A stretch of 19,528 nt of DNA. Source: Pseudomonadota bacterium (GTDB taxonomy: Bacteria; UBA10199; 2-02-FULL-44-16; JAAZCA01). The notes beneath the pieces were generated by a model. That model searched no databases. It was not told the DNA's origin and worked only from the letters and a program-made list of their open reading frames with translations. Shown piece after piece: positions 15,525-19,528 of the stretch. The position numbers and the translations under genes are program-made. The first letter of the stretch is position 1; every line of letters begins with the position of its first letter. The DNA lies in assembly GCA_043822785.1 (NCBI GenBank), contig JBDRBN010000007.1, positions 1 to 19,528 of the forward strand, given 5' to 3'.

Positions 15525-16261
15525 GCTGATTCAGGTGGCATGGCATCATTTAAGAGCTCCCACAGCCTTTCTAGCGCATCGCCATAGCGCGGCCCTAGCA
15601 CGCTTGGATCTGTGGACTCAGGTTCGTTTAGCATGGTCACAAAAGGCACACTTACGCCTTGCAACTTTAGATAGCCCGAAGCCTTTTTGCCGGTAAGCTT
15701 AGGCCAGTCATCTTGTTTATAAAATCTCTGCATATCCTCATCAGGGCATTTGTGCGCAAGCACTGTGTGCTTAAGCTTTTCTCTATATCGGGCATCGTTT
15801 CTGCGAATGGATTCTTCGCCGGATACCTCTACATAGAGTATTGCTGAGCGCTTATAGATTTCTGGCCAAAGCCTCTTAAGCGCTTCTGAATAAGGTCGCT
15901 CCCCACCTCTTGCAAACTCTATGAGCAGGGTATGGTCAGCATAAAACGAGTTGTTTGACAGATATTTTTCACATACCTCTGCGTTAACTTTCTCCATCAG
16001 AAAATCAAAGAGATCTGCAGATTCCAATATGTAACCGTTGCCAGCGCGCTTGGAGTGAAGCCTTTTTCCTCTTACCTTTTCCCAAAGGTTATCTTCCTCA
16101 AATTTTTCCCAGAGCCACACAAAATCGTCCACCACCTTCATCTTGCCTATGTGAAAGCGCTCTGCGCGCTTAGCAGCTGAGAGCTTGGACATGAAGTCCA
16201 AAAACTCTGATTTTCCCGATGCTGGCCTGCCAAGGATGAAGAGGTTTTCGAAGATATTCAT
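15521..16261 (-). CDS. Uncharacterised P-loop protein, NMP/adenylate-kinase-like fold (paralog A)
   Basis: ILGRPASGKS Walker A; LIEFARGG; EESIRRNDAR lid-like motif; collinear with the adjacent gene. Confidence 0.75.
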   Translation of the reverse strand: MNIFENLFILGRPASGKSEFLDFMSKLSAAKRAERFHIGKMKVVDDFVWLWEKFEEDNLWEKVRGKRLHSKRAGNGYILESADLFDFLMEKVNAEVCEKYLSNNSFYADHTLLIEFARGGERPYSEALKRLWPEIYKRSAILYVEVSGEESIRRNDARYREKLKHTVLAHKCPDEDMQRFYKQDDWPKLTGKKASGYLKLQGVSVPFVTMLNEPESTDPSVLGPRYGDALERLWELLNDAMPPESA

Positions 16262-16273
16262 ATTTTTTCCTTA

Positions 16274-16367
16274 TGTCATCGCGAGCCCAGCACCGTACGG
16301 TGCTGGGCGTGGCGATCTCCAGAGCTTCAGGAGATTGCGTCGTCAGCTTCGCTTCCTCGCAATGACA
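16274..16367. repeat. REP-like palindromic element (TGTCATyGCGAG…CTCGCrATGACA) with a nested perfect 24-bp palindrome
   Basis: Ends tgtcatcgcgag / ctcgcaatgaca; nested gcccagcaccgtacggtgctgggc at 16285-16308; second family member at 17113-17189. Confidence 0.85.
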
Positions 16368-17091
16368 GACAAAGATTCATCAACTTCTTAAGCGCCGGCC
16401 CATATCTTTTTGCCAGCGGGCCGTGTTCTTTAAGCTCAGGTTCATTATTCATAGTGACGAATGGTACGGAAACGCCGTTTACATCAAGCGTTCCATCAGC
16501 CTTTGCTGAAGTATATTCTGTCCAGTCGTCTATCTTATAAAAATGTTCCATCACCTCTTTGGGCGTCATGTGCGCGAGTATTGAGTGGGCCAGCTTTTCT
16601 TCGTAGCGCGCGATATTCCTGCGCCAGGATTCTTCAAACGACACCTGTACGTAGAGTATGGCGCCTTTTTCAAGAATTGCTTTGGAGAGTCGATTGAGTG
16701 CGTTTTTGTAGCCGTCCTTTCCGCCGCGAGCAAACTCGATGATGAGGGTTCCATCATTATAGAAATCCGGCCTGGATATGTAGTGTGTGGCTACTTCGTG
16801 GTTAAAGCGCGCAAACATCATATCAAAAAGTTTTCCCATTTCAGGTTTTATGCCGTAGTTATTGTTATCAAGGACGTTTGAGAACAGGCGTTCATAACCT
16901 GCTTCTTCCCAAAGATCGTCCTCGCAAAATTTCTCCCACAGCCACACAAAATCATCCAGCTCTTCAAAGCGGCCGATGTGAAAGTCTTTTGCGCGCTCAG
17001 CGTCAGGGGTATTTTTCATGAAATCGATGAACTCAGATTTTCCAGCAGCCGGCCTACCTAATAACAATAGATGGTCGAAGGTTTTGGTCAT
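16327..17091 (-). CDS. Uncharacterised P-loop protein, NMP/adenylate-kinase-like fold (paralog B); start 17091 preferred
   Basis: GGAG RBS 6 nt before ATG 17091; LLGRPAAGKS; DDFVWLWEKF; IIEFARGG; EESWRRNIAR; last 13 residues repeat-derived. Confidence 0.75.
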   Translation of the reverse strand: MTKTFDHLLLLGRPAAGKSEFIDFMKNTPDAERAKDFHIGRFEELDDFVWLWEKFCEDDLWEEAGYERLFSNVLDNNNYGIKPEMGKLFDMMFARFNHEVATHYISRPDFYNDGTLIIEFARGGKDGYKNALNRLSKAILEKGAILYVQVSFEESWRRNIARYEEKLAHSILAHMTPKEVMEHFYKIDDWTEYTSAKADGTLDVNGVSVPFVTMNNEPELKEHGPLAKRYGPALKKLMNLCLSLRGSEADDAIS

Positions 17092-17112
17092 TATATTCTC
17101 CATAATTTGAAA

Positions 17113-17189
17113 TGTCATTGCGAGCGAAGCGAAGCAATCTCCTCAGTGTACTGAGATCGCTTCGCGCATTTCATTTGCTCGCGATGACA
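17113..17189. repeat. REP-like palindromic element, same family as 16274-16367
   Basis: Outer stem tgtcattgcgagc / gctcgcgatgaca; inner stem gcgaagcaatctc (17129-17141) / gagatcgcttcgc (17153-17165). Confidence 0.88.
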
Positions 17190-17196
17190 ACTCGTA

Positions 17197-19320
17197 TCAC
17201 GACTCCTCCGGAATATGCTTTGAAGCATCCACGCCTTCGGCTCGCAAAGCATGAACTTCATCAGCCGGCGTTACCTTTAGCGATATCGCGCCGGTCGGGC
17301 ACATGGGCACGCACTTTAGGCACGAATCGCATGTGGAAAGATTCCACGGCATATCCAGCATGGGCTTCATGGTGGCATCAAAGCCGCGCTCCACAAAACC
17401 CAAGGCATCCAGATGTTTTACCTCAGAGCACACGCGCACGCATGAGGCGCACATTATGCACTTGTGCGATTCATAACGAATTTGCGGATGGGTTTCATCC
17501 ACATGAAAGTGGCGCTTCTCGCCGCTAAAGCGTTCCGGCTGTACATCGTATTCCAGAGATAGGATTCGAAGTTTGCACGATTCATATGAGCGGCATCCGC
17601 ACGAAAGACAACGCTCCGCTTCTTTCTTTGCTTGTTCTGCAGTAAAGCCCAGCTCTACCTCCTCAAAACTATGAATGCGCTTTTTAGCACTGAGCTCAGG
17701 CATCTCTATTCTTTTTGATCTTTTCTCCCTTACCATCTCCTTTATCTCGGGGGGATTATCCTCTGGCTTTGCAGCTATGAGGTGCAGGTATTGCTTGGGT
17801 TCTCCTGTAATCTTTTCTCCCTTTAGATATTGATCGATCGAGGATGCTGCTTTTCTGCCAGCAGCAATGGCTGTGACAGCCACGTCTGCACCGGTTGCGC
17901 AATCTCCGCCGGCAAAAACGCCTTTGCGGCTTGTGGCAAATGTATTTGGATCCACATCCAGCGTATTCCACTTGGTAAGATTTATGTCGCACATGTTTGC
18001 ATCAACGCAATCCGCATCCACGCCCTGGCCGATGGCCGCGATTACAGCCGAGGCCTTCATAAAAAACTCAGAGCCTGCAATAGGAACTGGACGACGGCGG
18101 CCTGAGGCATCTGGCTCGCCAAGCTTCATCTCTATGCATTCCAGCTCTACTTCTCCATCGGTCTTGGCCATATTCACAGGTGCTGCCAGAAAGCGTATGT
18201 TTACGCCTTCATGCAGGGCAGCTTCGATTTCCAACTCGCTTGCGGGCATTTCATCGCGCGTGCGCCTGTAGAGTATTGTAACGTTTTTAGCGCCAAGCCT
18301 GAGCGATGTGCGGGCTGCATCTACAGCCGTATTTCCGCCGCCTACTACTATGACTTCGTCTCCAATATCAACCTTGTTGCCCTTTGCCACTTGCTCTAGA
18401 AAATCTATGCCAGGGAGTGTTGCTCCTTCACCCTCCACGCGCATGCTAGAGGAGCTCTGCGCGCCTATGGCCAAAAAAAGCGCATCGTAATCCTTAAGCA
18501 GCAAATCAACGGTAAAATTTCTGCCCAAGCGTTTGTTGCATTCTATGGGCACGCCCATCTTTTCGATGATTTCGATTTCCTTGGCGAGGATGTCGCGAGG
18601 CAATCTATATGCAGGAATGCCGTATCTCAGCATGCCGCCTGGCTCTGCATGCGCATCAAACACCGTAACGTTGTGACCACGCTTACGCAGATAGAATGCA
18701 GCTGAAAGGCCAGAAGGACCTGCTCCCACTATGGCCACTTTTTTGCCTGTGGGCTTGCCAACAGTTGGGATATAGGGCGTGGGCTGATTGAGATCTTCGT
18801 CAGCAATGTAGCGCTTGAGAAAACAGATGGATACTGAATCATCTGCACACATGCGCGTGCATTGCAGTTCGCATGGTCTGGTGCAAATGCGACCGAGGCT
18901 GGCTGGAAATGGAAGCGTCTCTTTTATCAGCGAGATGGCTTCTTTAGTATTTGAATGGGCCAGAAGCGAGATGTAGCCAGGGATATCTATGCCTGCCGGG
19001 CATTCTACCTGACACGGGCCCCGGCAATCGCCCACGTGATCTGAAAGCAGAAGTTCAAGACATACCTTGCGCGATGCGCGCACCCTTTCTGAGTTCGTAT
19101 GGATGATCATGCCATCTATGACTTCAGTTGAGCATGATGGCACAAGGCGTGGCGCACCCTCTATCTCAACCACACAAATAAAGCAGGAGCTATAGGGTTT
19201 GAGCCCTGGCTGATTGCACAGCGTAGGAATTTTTATTCCATTTCTTTCACAGACCGCGAGAATCATTTCACCCGTTTCAGCTGAAACTTTTTTTCCATCG
19301 ATTGTTACGAAGAGCGACAT
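17197..19320 (-). CDS. FAD/NAD(P)H-dependent multi-Fe-S oxidoreductase (NuoG-like 2Fe-2S, GltD/NfnB-like core, C-terminal 2x4Fe-4S)
   Basis: IPTLC…SCFICVV…PSC; HVGDC; PCQVECP; GRICTRPCELQC; VGAGPSGL (FAD); VGGGNTAVD and YRR (NADPH-type); FAGGD; EAERCLSCGC; CIMCASCVRVC; CDSCLKCVPMCP. Confidence 0.88.
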   Translation of the reverse strand: MSLFVTIDGKKVSAETGEMILAVCERNGIKIPTLCNQPGLKPYSSCFICVVEIEGAPRLVPSCSTEVIDGMIIHTNSERVRASRKVCLELLLSDHVGDCRGPCQVECPAGIDIPGYISLLAHSNTKEAISLIKETLPFPASLGRICTRPCELQCTRMCADDSVSICFLKRYIADEDLNQPTPYIPTVGKPTGKKVAIVGAGPSGLSAAFYLRKRGHNVTVFDAHAEPGGMLRYGIPAYRLPRDILAKEIEIIEKMGVPIECNKRLGRNFTVDLLLKDYDALFLAIGAQSSSSMRVEGEGATLPGIDFLEQVAKGNKVDIGDEVIVVGGGNTAVDAARTSLRLGAKNVTILYRRTRDEMPASELEIEAALHEGVNIRFLAAPVNMAKTDGEVELECIEMKLGEPDASGRRRPVPIAGSEFFMKASAVIAAIGQGVDADCVDANMCDINLTKWNTLDVDPNTFATSRKGVFAGGDCATGADVAVTAIAAGRKAASSIDQYLKGEKITGEPKQYLHLIAAKPEDNPPEIKEMVREKRSKRIEMPELSAKKRIHSFEEVELGFTAEQAKKEAERCLSCGCRSYESCKLRILSLEYDVQPERFSGEKRHFHVDETHPQIRYESHKCIMCASCVRVCSEVKHLDALGFVERGFDATMKPMLDMPWNLSTCDSCLKCVPMCPTGAISLKVTPADEVHALRAEGVDASKHIPEES

Positions 19321-19336
19321 TGTTGGTTTCTCATTT

Positions 19337-19426
19337 CCCCCTCCTTTGTAAGGAGGGGACAGGGGAGGTAGATCTACCCCTCCCTAACCCTCCCCTTACA
19401 GAGACTGTGTCGCAATTGGGGAGGGT
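19337..19426. repeat. REP-like C/G-run double hairpin with an enlarged second loop
   Basis: cccctcctt-tgt-aaggagggg (19338-19358); palindrome ggtagatctacc (19367-19378); accctcccc (19387-19395) … ggggagggt (19418-19426). Confidence 0.75.
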
Positions 19427-19528
19427 GACTTGATATAAACGTTCTTTGACAAAAAAATATGAGAATTTTGTTACATAATACTACCGGCCAAATATTCGGG
19501 TGATGTCAGTCCATATTCTCTTCTGTTT

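Noticed and set aside
17112..17528. Plus-strand ORF beginning MSLRAKRSNL
   Set aside because: Begins in the REP-like element and runs antisense to the oxidoreductase.
19446..19479. TTGACA suggesting a plus-strand promoter
   Set aside because: No good -10 hexamer at 16-18 bp spacing, and the downstream gene is outside the window.

Overview
Bacterial chromosomal window from a diderm organism; the gene content suggests a deltaproteobacterium-like lineage (inference). The left third is housekeeping: cpoB/ybgF-tsaD-rsmA-ybhB/ybcL family, then deoxynucleoside kinase-panB-panC. The rest is more accessory: a secreted phospholipase D-fold protein with both HKD motifs degenerate, an RMD1/DUF155 gene plus an atypical pilin-like gene, an orphan HExxH gluzincin-like protein, a secreted metallophosphoesterase divergent from a PhnD-family lipoprotein and a multi-pass membrane protein (no ABC ATPase or permease), a stand-alone four-gene minor-pilin cassette, and a minus-strand unit of a multi-Fe-S flavoprotein followed by two tandem paralogous NMP-kinase-fold P-loop proteins of unknown function. 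Many intergenic gaps contain short palindromic or periodic repeats from at least five families (9-bp-unit inverted arrays, 7-bp-unit arrays, three REP-like hairpin types). Some are nested in each other, and three supply the C-terminal residues and stop codon of a protein. No rRNA, tRNA, CRISPR array, transposase or integrase was recognised. All product calls come from motif recognition; no database search was run.
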